NCBI GenBank assembly: GCA_038231435.1
Contig: JBBRLJ010000032.1
Span: forward strand, 1 to 61,045
DNA length: 61,045 bases
Source: Planctomycetota bacterium
Lineage (GTDB): Bacteria > Planctomycetota > UBA11346
Direction: 5' to 3'
Every line of letters begins with the position of its first letter. Position 1 is the first letter of the stretch. Made by a program: the position numbers and the translations under genes. This document shows, one piece after another, positions 25,991-35,717 of the stretch. The notes below the pieces were generated by a model, which saw only the letters and a program-made list of their open reading frames with translations, was not told where the DNA came from and ran no database searches.

Positions 25991-27502
25991 TTACTGGCTA
26001 CCGGCCGGGCGACGATGCAGTTCCATCGAGGGCGGAGTTTCCGCGTTCGCAGGAGACCGCGACGGAAGCGCGACGGGCCTGTCCACGTGCGGGGCGGATG
26101 ACGTGGCTGAAGGCATGGCCAAAGGGGCGACGATAGTCGGCGCGGCGGGCCGGATCGGTGGGGAGGAGGTGACCGTGGTCCGCGGCGCTGGGGCGATGGT
26201 CCGCTCTGCCGGACGGGACGGATCCTGTTGGAATTGCTGCGGTTGATGGTGCGGGGAACGCGTTTCCATCTCCAGAGGGACAGGATGATGGATCGGCGTT
26301 GTCGAGGTCTGGGCCCGCTCGCGCGGCGGCGCCGATGTCAGGGCAGTGGGAGGTGAAGGTGATGGAGGAAATGGTGACGATGACGATGCAGATGATGCCG
26401 CCGGTGGGTGCTGGAATTCACGAGGCACTTCTGTCGTTGGTGGTGCTGGCGTGGTCGCATGCCCGCCTGGCGACGATTCGCTCACAGGCGCAACCGCCGA
26501 CGCCGGCTCCGCGGAAGTCCGGCTTCCGGACTGGCTACCAGAAGCTCTTCCCGACGCGGCTGGGCGTGGTCCTGACTTGACGGGAGAGGGGCGCGAATCC
26601 GCCGGTTGCGATGGCGACGTTGCGGTCCTCTGCGCGCGCTCGGTGCCCGCTCGCGGAACCACCGTGGCACGATCTGGCTGATGCGGTGGCTGATTCGTCG
26701 TGGGAACTCTTTCCACGGCGACCGCGGGCGCGCGCGTGGACGACGGCAAACCGGAGTCCGTACCCGCGACCACCGTGGCGGGCTGACGCAGGGTCGCGGG
26801 CGCGAATACGTGATCGTGCTGGCGCCGTCCATCCGGCCACCACTCCCCCTGCTGTTGGAACGCGATCTGCGACGATCCGCACGCGTTCACGCGGTCGAAG
26901 AACAGCCGCGGCGGACACGCCCGGTATTCGGTGCTGATGCGCAGCGAGATCAGCGACCAGCAATCCGCGTTGCTGTAGTTCGCATTGCTGTAGACGGCGT
27001 CTCGGTAGCTGCCGTCCCAGTATGGTTCGTACAACCGGCGATAGCTCGGGGGGCAGGTGGTATAGGCCGGTACATCGACGAACAGCACTTCGGACGGAAC
27101 CGTGTACCAGCGCATCAGCTCATCGATGCGGTGGTGGCAGGGGCCGTTGAAATCCTGGACCGCTCCGGCGAATGGCCGATACGCCGCGTGGGCGATCACC
27201 GCGATCGACAGGCACTCGTCGTCGCTGATTCCGTAGGTGGAGCGATACCAGGGGATGAGATCGATCTCATCCTGGCGCATGCCCAGATAGCCGCGATAGA
27301 TGTCGGCGTACGCGATCCCGCTCGCGGAGTCGGAGGCGGGATCCGCAGCTGGTTGAGCCAGGGCGTGGTCGACATCGGCGTCAACGGCTCGGGCGGACGC
27401 CGCGACGGACAGCGCCGCGGACGCAGCGCACGCCAGCGCGATGGCGCGGTGCCACCCGTTCCCACGCGCCCAGACCAAGCGGAGTATTCCAGGGAATCTC
27501 AT
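25991..27502 (-). CDS. Secreted hypothetical protein with Pro/Ser/Thr-rich disordered C-terminal half
   Basis: Signal-like ALACAASAALSVAASARA; globular region followed by a low-complexity tail; fills the gap between neighbours. Confidence 0.65.
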   Translation of the reverse strand: MRFPGILRLVWARGNGWHRAIALACAASAALSVAASARAVDADVDHALAQPAADPASDSASGIAYADIYRGYLGMRQDEIDLIPWYRSTYGISDDECLSIAVIAHAAYRPFAGAVQDFNGPCHHRIDELMRWYTVPSEVLFVDVPAYTTCPPSYRRLYEPYWDGSYRDAVYSNANYSNADCWSLISLRISTEYRACPPRLFFDRVNACGSSQIAFQQQGEWWPDGRRQHDHVFAPATLRQPATVVAGTDSGLPSSTRAPAVAVERVPTTNQPPHQPDRATVVPRAGTERAQRTATSPSQPADSRPSPVKSGPRPAASGRASGSQSGSRTSAEPASAVAPVSESSPGGHATTPAPPTTEVPREFQHPPAASSASSSSPFPPSPSPPTALTSAPPRERAQTSTTPIHHPVPLEMETRSPHHQPQQFQQDPSRPAERTIAPAPRTTVTSSPPIRPAAPTIVAPLAMPSATSSAPHVDRPVALPSRSPANAETPPSMELHRRPAGSQ

Positions 27503-27774
27503 CCCGGCATTGTACCCGGAAGGGGCCTGCCATGTGTCTCCGCGTCGACCAACCTTCCTTGCGAGAGGAGGGCTGACATCGAATGCGGGAACGGCGATGA
27601 CTGGCGATGCCTAGAAGCGCTGGCCAGAGGCCAATCTAGGGATCAAGGCAGGGAAATCGCACGGCTGCTGCTACCCCAGGCATACGCGGGGAGCCATCCT
27701 CGAGCGTAACAACCCGCGCTCGTCAGCGGATACCCCTGTCTGCGCATCAAGAGCGACGAAGCCACCGGAGCACC

Positions 27775-30135
27775 ATGGACCGCATCCCCCTCGACCGTGC
27801 CTGTAAACAACGCGCACTCGGCGTCATGTTCGCCATCGCGATCGTGCTCGCTGGATACGGAACGCCCGTTTCGGCAGCTACATCGGGTTCGCTGACCTTC
27901 CAGACCACCTGGGTCGGCAACGGTCTCCCGGGCCACGGCCAATGGGTGCAGGACGATGTGGCGGACGCGTGGATCGCTCCCGATGGGGGCGTGTACACCG
28001 ACAGCCCCTGGGACGAGGCCGGCGCAGACGGCGCTCTCTATCGCGACGGGCGGATGATCGCCTCGGCGAAGCACATGAACGGTTGGGGCCAGTACGGCGG
28101 CCGCGCGGTCGCGGGCAACGCCACCTACGTGTGGCTGGGGATGCGCTTCGACAGCGAGAACGGCGGCTTGGTGGATGTGGGCACCTGGCCGCCCAAGGGG
28201 ACCTGGTGGTTCGGCGTGACGCGGCGCAAGCGCTCCGACATCACCCAGGGCGCGCCCTTCACGGGCGGCACAGGCGGGGCGGGCGATACGCTCGTCGCCA
28301 GCTTCAAGACCATTGAGGTGGTCCCGGACGGCGTCGACGCGTCGATCAGCGGCCTCGCCGCCACCGAGACACGGCTTTTCGTCAGCGATCCGCGCGGTTC
28401 GCGCATCGTGGTGCTCGACGCCGCGACGATGGCGCAGGTCGCCAGCTTCGCCTTCACCGCGCCGGGCAAGATCGCCGTCGATAAGGCCGGCGACCTGTGG
28501 ATCGTGCGCACCGACACCAACCGCATCGTCCATTGCTCCGCCAGCGGGGCGCCGCTCGGCGGGGATATCGTCGATGCCGCGCTCCCGACCGGATTGGCGA
28601 TCGACAGCCATGGGCGCCTGATGGTGTGCGACAGCGGACCCGACCAGTGGATCCGTGTCTACACGCTCAGCGGCACGCCTTCCCAGACGCCCGCGCTGGC
28701 GTCCACCATCGGCATAAAGGGCGGCATGATCGGCAATGGCGGCCGGGTCACGCCGCTCGCGCTCTGCGGCCCGGTCGGCTGCGGAACCGATGCCAACGGC
28801 AACGTCTATGCGGTGTGCGCGCTGCCGACCGGCGGCACCGTGATACGCGCCTTCACTCCGGCCGGCGCGACGCTGTGGCAGCTGCACGGGCTCGAATTCC
28901 AGAAGGTTGCCGCGGTCGATCCGGCCAGCGACGACATCATCAGCGCGCGGCACCATTACGCGATGGACTGGAGCAAGCCCATCGGCCAGGAGTCGTCCTG
29001 GAATGGTTTCAACCTCGATCCACTGCGCTATCCCGAGGATCCGCGCCTGCACATCAACGCCTATAACGCGCGCATCATCCATCTCCAGGGTCACCGCTTC
29101 CTGGTCTGTGACGCCGACGGGCAGTCGCTGTCGATCTACCGCTACGACGGCGAGGTCGCGGTGCCGTCGGTGGTGATTTCGAACTACGCGTCGTTCCTCG
29201 ACATGTATCATCCGCACGGCTCCCCGAATTCGCGCTTCGTGTGGCGCGACAAGAACGGAGACGGGAGATTCTCCTCGGACGAGTACGAAACCGATGGTCA
29301 GGCATCATCGGGCTGGATGTGGTCGATCGATGCGAACGGCGACGTCTGGCAGGGCGAGAAATCGATCCACCACTGGCGCATGGAGGGCCTCGACGCGATC
29401 GGCAATCCGATCTACGATTTCACCGCATCGGAGGAGATCCCGCTGCCTGCGCCGCTCACCATCATCGAGCGCCTGCATTACGAGCCGGCCTCGGACAGCA
29501 TGATCGTCACCGGCTACACCAGCGCGCGCCCGCAGACGCTGGCGTACTGGGGCATGACCGGCACCGAGTTGATCCGCTATGACGCCTGGAAGGGGACGCG
29601 CGCTATCGCCTACCGTACCCCCCTGCCGTATGCCGACGATTGGGCGCAGCAGTGCAAGGGCTTCGACGTCGCCGGCAACCTGGTGTTCATCGGCGTGGTC
29701 GCGACCTCCGAAATCAAGGCCTACGACCGCGCAACCGGGGCGTACAAGGGGTCGCTCGTTCCCGAGGGCGCATGCGCTTTCGAGGGGGGTTGGCTCGACA
29801 TGACCGAGCCGCTGCGCGCCCATCGCCGCGCCAACGGCGAGTACATCGTGCTCTCCGAGGAGGTGTGGAAGAACAAGATCCTGGTCTACCGCATGACCAA
29901 TGCCGGCGATCCCGTGCCCGCGCCTCCGCCGGCACCGACGCCGCCCGGCCCGGCGCCTGCGCCTGCTGGCGGCTCCGCGCCGGCCGATTCGGGCGCCGCC
30001 GAGCCGGACGGCGGCACGCATCACTGCGGACGCGGCACGGGTTCGGCGCTGGCGCTGGTCCTGGGCGCGCTGGCGGCGTTGGGGGCCGCGCGGCGGATGC
30101 CCACCCGGTTCGGTTCCCGGAGACGCCACGGCTGA
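27775..30135 (+). CDS. Secreted NHL/beta-propeller protein with Pro-rich linker and Cys-Gly sorting-like tail
   Basis: GGAG RBS; PGKIAVD, PTGLAIDSHGRL repeats; WRDKNGDG EF-hand-like motif; tail HHCGRGTGSALALVLGALAALGAARR. Confidence 0.82.
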   Translation: MDRIPLDRACKQRALGVMFAIAIVLAGYGTPVSAATSGSLTFQTTWVGNGLPGHGQWVQDDVADAWIAPDGGVYTDSPWDEAGADGALYRDGRMIASAKHMNGWGQYGGRAVAGNATYVWLGMRFDSENGGLVDVGTWPPKGTWWFGVTRRKRSDITQGAPFTGGTGGAGDTLVASFKTIEVVPDGVDASISGLAATETRLFVSDPRGSRIVVLDAATMAQVASFAFTAPGKIAVDKAGDLWIVRTDTNRIVHCSASGAPLGGDIVDAALPTGLAIDSHGRLMVCDSGPDQWIRVYTLSGTPSQTPALASTIGIKGGMIGNGGRVTPLALCGPVGCGTDANGNVYAVCALPTGGTVIRAFTPAGATLWQLHGLEFQKVAAVDPASDDIISARHHYAMDWSKPIGQESSWNGFNLDPLRYPEDPRLHINAYNARIIHLQGHRFLVCDADGQSLSIYRYDGEVAVPSVVISNYASFLDMYHPHGSPNSRFVWRDKNGDGRFSSDEYETDGQASSGWMWSIDANGDVWQGEKSIHHWRMEGLDAIGNPIYDFTASEEIPLPAPLTIIERLHYEPASDSMIVTGYTSARPQTLAYWGMTGTELIRYDAWKGTRAIAYRTPLPYADDWAQQCKGFDVAGNLVFIGVVATSEIKAYDRATGAYKGSLVPEGACAFEGGWLDMTEPLRAHRRANGEYIVLSEEVWKNKILVYRMTNAGDPVPAPPPAPTPPGPAPAPAGGSAPADSGAAEPDGGTHHCGRGTGSALALVLGALAALGAARRMPTRFGSRRRHG

Positions 30136-30244
30136 CCCAATCCTTCACCCGGGATGAGGCTTGGCGACGAAGATTCATACAGGTGCAGCCGGCGGCCAGG
30201 AAGGACGGCGACTTTTCCGCGCGCCCGCCTCACGCTCGTCCTCG

Positions 30245-30562
30245 ATGACTACGACCCCCCGCTTCCAGCTGATGGTGCTTTACGATTGGAAGCCGCACAT
30301 CGGTGCCGAGCGCATCGCACATCACGCGCGCAAGATCCGCGCTCTGCCCGCGTTGGTCCCCGGACTGATCGAGGTGCGCTTCGGGCCGCGGCTGTGCGGC
30401 CATCCCGAGGACGATACCCGCAGCTGGGACCACGCGGCGGTGATGGTCTTCGCGCGTCACGAAGATTTCATCGCCTTCGGCCCCACCGCTGCGCACGACG
30501 ACGTGGCGATAGAGCTGGTCGCCGACCTGGAGCGGATCTCCTACGTGGGCTTCGCGGGCTGA
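30245..30562 (+). CDS. Dabb family (stress-responsive A/B barrel) protein
   Basis: MVLYDWK...LPALVPGLIEVRFG...WDHAAVMVF...H pattern; about 105 aa. Confidence 0.8.
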   Translation: MTTTPRFQLMVLYDWKPHIGAERIAHHARKIRALPALVPGLIEVRFGPRLCGHPEDDTRSWDHAAVMVFARHEDFIAFGPTAAHDDVAIELVADLERISYVGFAG

Positions 30563-30674
30563 CGGCACGGTCGAGCCGGGCGTCAGCGCTGCGGGGGACG
30601 ATGCATGCGAGAGGATGCATCAGGAATCTCCGTCATACCGCTCGCTTGCGCGGTCGAGGCGACACGATGGGCGC

Positions 30675-31370
30675 ATGCGCATCCACCACGGGCTCCTGGT
30701 GCTGGTCCTCGTCCAAGCGGCCGCCGCGCTGATCGGCGTGCAGAGCGGCTGGACGGCCGAGACCCTCGCCACCAAGGACGGCCGCGCGCTCGCCTACGAG
30801 ACCATCGAGTTCGAGCCGAAGACGCCGAAGACCGCGATCCTCTTGCGCACCGGCTCGAAGCTGACCACCCTCAAGCTCTCCGAGGTCGAGTCGTCGGCGC
30901 TCCCGCCTGTGGAGCGCGATGCGCTCGCCGCCTTCGCCAAGGCCGAGAAGCAGGAAGGGCTCATCCTCTTCGACGACGAGTGGATCAACCGCGACGAGCA
31001 TCTGCTCAAGCTCGACAAGCGCTTCACCTACGAGAAGAAGATCCATCGCAGCGGCAAGAACGTGCTGAAAGTAGTGAATCCGGGAACGACGCGCGTCACC
31101 CTCGGACTGCGCAGCGGCGGCAAGGGTCTCGAGTTCAGCGTGGAGCCGGGCAAGACCAAGGCACTCGGAGGCCTGAGCGATGGCGAGTACTCGTTCTACT
31201 TCGTCTTCGAGACCGAAGGCGACCAAGCCCTCGACATCCACCAATCCGAGAAGATCGATTTCAAGAACGTCGAGTATACCCTGACCATGGCCCCCGACGC
31301 CAAGAACGGCTTGAAGACCACTCCCGCAGGCACCATCGAGATCCCCAAGGAGATGCGCCGCGACGAGTGA
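30675..31370 (+). CDS. Secreted hypothetical protein
   Basis: Signal peptide; strong GC3 bias; K/E-rich protein-like composition. Confidence 0.75.
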   Translation: MRIHHGLLVLVLVQAAAALIGVQSGWTAETLATKDGRALAYETIEFEPKTPKTAILLRTGSKLTTLKLSEVESSALPPVERDALAAFAKAEKQEGLILFDDEWINRDEHLLKLDKRFTYEKKIHRSGKNVLKVVNPGTTRVTLGLRSGGKGLEFSVEPGKTKALGGLSDGEYSFYFVFETEGDQALDIHQSEKIDFKNVEYTLTMAPDAKNGLKTTPAGTIEIPKEMRRDE

Positions 31371-31470
31371 CGTCGCTGCCGCGTGCGCGCCGGAGGGGTC
31401 GGTCCGATGGCGGCGATGGCGAGGATTCGATGGCAGGATTGCGATGGCAAGGCTTCGATGTCGCCTCGCG

Positions 31471-32391
31471 TCAGTTGAGTCGACGGAACACGCCGGGCGT
31501 GGTTCCGAACACGCGCCGGAATGCGCGGATGCCAGTGCCGGCATCGGCGTAGCCGCAGGCGCGCATCACTTCGGCCACCGCCGCGTCCCCAGCCGAGAGC
31601 ATGCGCCGCGCGCGCTCCAGGCGGATGCCCTCGAGCCATGCGTGGAAGCCAGCGCCGCCATGGTGCGAGCATAGTTGCGAGAGATGCGACGGATGGATGC
31701 GGAAGCGCCGAGCGACGGAGTCGCGCGACAGGCCGGGATCGTGCGCATGGTCGTGCAGGTGTTCGCCCACCGCCTGCCAGGTGGCCAAGCCCCCGCCATT
31801 GCCCCGTGGTGTGTGCGGTGACGGTGCGCTTCCGGATGTGGATGTGGATGAAGCCAGGCAGTGCTCGCGCGCAAGCATGAGCAGCGCCTCGGCCAAGCGC
31901 GCGTCGATCGGTCCGGACGCGCCGCCAGCCTCAGCGCGCTGGCAGAGCGCGGTGACGACGTGCAGGCCAGGCCCGGCCAGGGGCGGGGCGTGATGCCAGC
32001 GCGCGGCCGCACGCGTGCGCGCGCCGCCGGGGTGGAGGTTCTCGAGGATGCGCAGGTACCCGCGCGCGAACACCAGTCCGGCGAAGCGCGTCGGATCGGA
32101 TGCCAGGCGCACGTTCCAGCCGTGCGGGGGGAAGAACAGGACGTCCCCAGGCATACCAGGGAACTCGATGCGTTCACCGCGCCGGGCCAGCACATGGCGG
32201 CAGCGGCCTTCGAGCACCACCGTCAGTCGAGGCGACGGATTGCTGATCACGGGGGGCTCGCCTCGGAGGTGTCCCGCGGGCCGGGATCCACCCAGCCATA
32301 TGTGCCCATTCCAGGAAGGATCCCGGAGGGTAGCGAGGACCTGATCGATCAGTGCACCTGCCCACGCGCCATCCGAGCGACCGGGTTCCAT
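31471..32391 (-). CDS. AraC family regulator (YijO-like N-domain)
   Basis: PRLTVVLEG...GDVLFFPPHGWN; SRDSVARRFRIHPSHLS; ACGYAD...FRRVFGTTPG. Confidence 0.88.
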   Translation of the reverse strand: MEPGRSDGAWAGALIDQVLATLRDPSWNGHIWLGGSRPAGHLRGEPPVISNPSPRLTVVLEGRCRHVLARRGERIEFPGMPGDVLFFPPHGWNVRLASDPTRFAGLVFARGYLRILENLHPGGARTRAAARWHHAPPLAGPGLHVVTALCQRAEAGGASGPIDARLAEALLMLAREHCLASSTSTSGSAPSPHTPRGNGGGLATWQAVGEHLHDHAHDPGLSRDSVARRFRIHPSHLSQLCSHHGGAGFHAWLEGIRLERARRMLSAGDAAVAEVMRACGYADAGTGIRAFRRVFGTTPGVFRRLN

Positions 32392-32484
32392 GGCTCCAGG
32401 ATCCGACGGATTGCGCATTTTGCCACGGAATGCCGCTGGCCGGATGGCGCGCGGATCACCACCATCACGGTCATGGAGACGCCG

Positions 32485-33897
32485 ATGCCCTACGCCTACC
32501 GCGCAGATCTGCCCATCAACGAGCCCGTCGACGTCGCGGTGTGCGGCGGCGGGCCCACTGGCGTCGCCGCCGCGCTCGCGGCCGCCCGCGGCGGCCTGCG
32601 CGTGCTGTTGGTCGAGCAGGCGGGACAGTGCGGCGGCATGGGCACCAGCGGCGGGGTCTCGCACCTGCTCGGCGGCAGGACCAACGACAACCGCACCTGG
32701 TGCGTGGCGGGCATCTTCAAGGAGCTGGTGGACGAACTGGCGGCGCGCGGCGACGCGGTGCATCCGGAATCGATCCGCATGGAGCCCGGGAAGGCGTTCA
32801 GCCCCTACGGATGGACCTGCAGCGTCTCGCCCATCACCTACGGGGTGCCGATCGATCCGCACGGCATGGCGGCGTTGATCGACGAGAAGCTGCTCGCCTC
32901 GGACGTGTCGGTGCTGTTCAACACCGCGGTGGCGGACGTTCGGCGCGAGGGATCGCGCATCACCGGTATCGTCCTCTTCAACAAGAGCGGCTTGCGCCTG
33001 CAACCTGTCACCGTGGTGGTGGACGCCACGGGTGACGCCGACATCGCCTTCCGCTCCGGATGCGAGACCGTCACCGGGCGGCCGGCGGATGGATTGATGA
33101 CCCCGGCGACGCTGATCTTCCACGCCGAGGGCATCGACGAGGCCGCGCATGGCGCCTACATCGAGGCGACCCGCGAGAACCGCTTCCTGGCCATGATCAA
33201 GGATCTGCGCGCGAAGGGCATCTGGGATTTCCCCTACGAGCGCCTGATCACCGTGCGCATGAACCAGCCAGGCGTGTACATGATCAACACTTCGCGTCTG
33301 ACTGGCGTCGACGGCACCGATGGCGCGTCGCTGTCGCAGGCGATGATGCGCGGCAGATCAGAGACCCGCCGGCTCCTGAAGATCCTGCGCGAGCACGTTC
33401 CGGGATTCTCGCAGGCGCGCATCCGTTACGTGGCTCCGAGCCTGGGCGTGCGCGAGACCCGGCGCATCGTGGGCGATTGGGTGTACACCGTCGACGAACT
33501 GGTGCGCGAGGGGACGTTCGAGGACTGCATCGGCTTCACCGGCTACGGCTGGGATCTGCCCGACCCCATCCGGCCCAGCCACCAGCCGATGGATCACGAT
33601 CCGCGCGCCAAGCGTACCCGAGATTACACGCCGATCCCATACCGCGTGCTGCTGCCGCGGCCGATCGAGAACCTCATCGTCGGCGGGCGCTGCGTCAGCG
33701 TCGAGCGCGACGTGCTCGGGCCGATCCGCGAGCAGGCGCCATGCATGGCCATGGGCCAGGCGTGCGGCACCGCAGCGCTGCAGGCGGTCCGCGACGGCGT
33801 GGCGTTCCGTGATGTCGACGTGCCCCGGCTGCGCGACGATCTGGCCGCCGCCGGCGCGGTGGTCACATGGCGCGAACCGGCGGAGGCTCAGGCCTGA
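32485..33897 (+). CDS. FAD-dependent oxidoreductase (FAD_oxidored/PF12831-like)
   Basis: VCGGGPTG, GGMGTSGG, DATGDAD, GVRETRRIVG, IPYRVLLP, MGQACG; GGAG RBS. Confidence 0.92.
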   Translation: MPYAYRADLPINEPVDVAVCGGGPTGVAAALAAARGGLRVLLVEQAGQCGGMGTSGGVSHLLGGRTNDNRTWCVAGIFKELVDELAARGDAVHPESIRMEPGKAFSPYGWTCSVSPITYGVPIDPHGMAALIDEKLLASDVSVLFNTAVADVRREGSRITGIVLFNKSGLRLQPVTVVVDATGDADIAFRSGCETVTGRPADGLMTPATLIFHAEGIDEAAHGAYIEATRENRFLAMIKDLRAKGIWDFPYERLITVRMNQPGVYMINTSRLTGVDGTDGASLSQAMMRGRSETRRLLKILREHVPGFSQARIRYVAPSLGVRETRRIVGDWVYTVDELVREGTFEDCIGFTGYGWDLPDPIRPSHQPMDHDPRAKRTRDYTPIPYRVLLPRPIENLIVGGRCVSVERDVLGPIREQAPCMAMGQACGTAALQAVRDGVAFRDVDVPRLRDDLAAAGAVVTWREPAEAQA

Positions 33898-33928
33898 TGG
33901 CTCAGACCTCATGCGCCAGGCTGATGGA

Positions 33929-33956
33929 CCGGCTGGCCGCCTGAGCGGCCAGCCGG
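33929..33956. terminator. GC-rich hairpin between convergent genes
   Basis: ccggctggccgc-ctga-gcggccagccgg, 12-bp perfect stem; no clear U tract. Confidence 0.6.
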
Positions 33957-33963
33957 CGTCCGT

Positions 33964-34782
33964 TTAGCTCTTCGCGCCCCGCGCTTCACGCTTGCCGGCC
34001 GGTGCATCGGCCTTCGACCATTCGCCGCCGCCGCCGCCGCCGAAGCGCGCGGTTGCGGCCGCGCCGTAGGCGGCGCAGGCCTGGTCGATGTGCGCGAGCG
34101 CCTGCGCGCGCGTCATGCCGGCGGCTGCCTCGCGCGCGCCGGGGATCACCGTCGAGCACTCGAGGCTGTCGAGGAAGCGTGACGCCTCGAGCAGCCGCGA
34201 CTCGTCCTCGCGCGGGACGGCGAGGAAGCCGTGCTTGTCGGCGTGGATGAGCTGGCCGGCCTCGATGCGCTGGCCGAAGACCTCGACCGGGCAGCCCCAG
34301 CGTACCGGCGTACTGTGGGCGTGGCTGACGCACATGCGCCGCGCCAGCGCCTTGAAGCCAACCGACTTCATCTCGTCGAGATCGCGGATCGCGCCATCGA
34401 TGATGGTGCCCACGCAGCCGAGGGCGCGGTGGATGCCGCTGTTCACCTCGCCCCAGAATGCGCCGATGGTGCGCGGCTTGTCGAGATCCTGCACCACCAC
34501 GATCGATGGCCCGGGCTGGGCCGCGACGTAGCGGCGGTATTCCGACCAGGCGTCTGGGTTGGTCTTCGCATGCGCGGAGTTCGAGGGTTCGAACACCACC
34601 GTGACCGCGTATCCGACCATCGGCCCCATCTCGGGCATGAAGTCGACGGGTTGCTCGAGATTGATGCCCTCCGCCGTGACGTCGTGACGGGTGATGCGTT
34701 CCCAGCCGTTGTAGATGGTCGGCGTGTTCCAGCGGCGGAGCTCGAGCAGCTCTCCGTGCGAGAGGCGGGATGGTTCGATCAT
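33964..34782 (-). CDS. RraA/HMG-aldolase family protein
   Basis: MVGYAVT, AFWGEVN, GCVGTIIDGAIRD, GQLIHADKHG. Confidence 0.9.
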   Translation of the reverse strand: MIEPSRLSHGELLELRRWNTPTIYNGWERITRHDVTAEGINLEQPVDFMPEMGPMVGYAVTVVFEPSNSAHAKTNPDAWSEYRRYVAAQPGPSIVVVQDLDKPRTIGAFWGEVNSGIHRALGCVGTIIDGAIRDLDEMKSVGFKALARRMCVSHAHSTPVRWGCPVEVFGQRIEAGQLIHADKHGFLAVPREDESRLLEASRFLDSLECSTVIPGAREAAAGMTRAQALAHIDQACAAYGAAATARFGGGGGGEWSKADAPAGKREARGAKS

Positions 34783-34844
34783 GGAGGTGTCCTCGTGGTT
34801 CCGTGGTGACGGTCAGTGGTGGCGACAGCGGTCGCGATTCTGTT

Positions 34845-35717
34845 TCACGAGCGCTGGGCAGCGCAGCGCTTTCTCCACGCCTGGAAGCTCTCTGGCCCGC
34901 CAGCGCCCGAGACGGCGAATCCGGGCGTGCGCGGATTGGCGAAGTACTGGGCCAACGACGCGCGCTCGCGCTCGTCGATGTCTCGGCCGGCGGGATCGGC
35001 GGTGTAGCGCAGGTCGATGCTCCAGCGCACCCGCGGGGTGCGGTTGATCTTGCTGCCGTGGACGGTGAGGTTGGTGAAGAACAGGATGTCGCCACGGCAC
35101 ATCGGGATGGGGATTGCCTTCGCGCGCCGCTCGACGTCCTCGAAGGTGCGGATGTTGAGGTCGGCTCCGCGCGCGCCGCCGAGCAGGCCCCAGCGGTGGC
35201 TGCCCGGGATCAGCCACAGGCAGCCGTTGGCCTCGTCGACGTCAACCAGCGGCACCCACGCCGAGACGATGTCGGCGTGCTCGGTGCCGGCGCCGTAGTA
35301 CTGGCTGTCCTGGTGGAACGGGAACGAGGTGAGCTCGCTGTCCGGCAGCTTCGGCCGCACATGGTAACCGCCGTCGAAATTGATGCGCTCGCCCAACAGC
35401 GCGCGCAGCCTCGAAACGATCGCCTCGTGGGCGATGAGCGCGTGCAGTTCATGGCCGAACACCGGCTCGTCCCAGCTGCGCCCGAGCTCTTCGCCGGCGA
35501 GCAGCTTGACCAGACGGGTCTCGATGGATTCGCCGGCGTGGCTATCCGTGCTCTCTCCCCGAGCCACCCGCTGGCGTGCCAGATCGTCGATCGCGCGCGC
35601 GATGGCAGCGCGCACCGGTTCGAGATCGGAGGCAGCGAACGCGCCGCGCGCCAGCACGAAGCCGTTGTCGCGATACCCGCGCGCTATCGCTGGCGCGTCG
35701 AGGGTGGCGGCGCTCAC
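34845..35717 (-). CDS. PhyH family Fe(II)/2OG dioxygenase
   Basis: GTGA overlap with upstream gene; VRPKLP, FHQD, WVPLVDVDEANGCLWLIPGSH, VHGS...RWSIDLRY. Confidence 0.9.
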   Translation of the reverse strand: MSAATLDAPAIARGYRDNGFVLARGAFAASDLEPVRAAIARAIDDLARQRVARGESTDSHAGESIETRLVKLLAGEELGRSWDEPVFGHELHALIAHEAIVSRLRALLGERINFDGGYHVRPKLPDSELTSFPFHQDSQYYGAGTEHADIVSAWVPLVDVDEANGCLWLIPGSHRWGLLGGARGADLNIRTFEDVERRAKAIPIPMCRGDILFFTNLTVHGSKINRTPRVRWSIDLRYTADPAGRDIDERERASLAQYFANPRTPGFAVSGAGGPESFQAWRKRCAAQRS

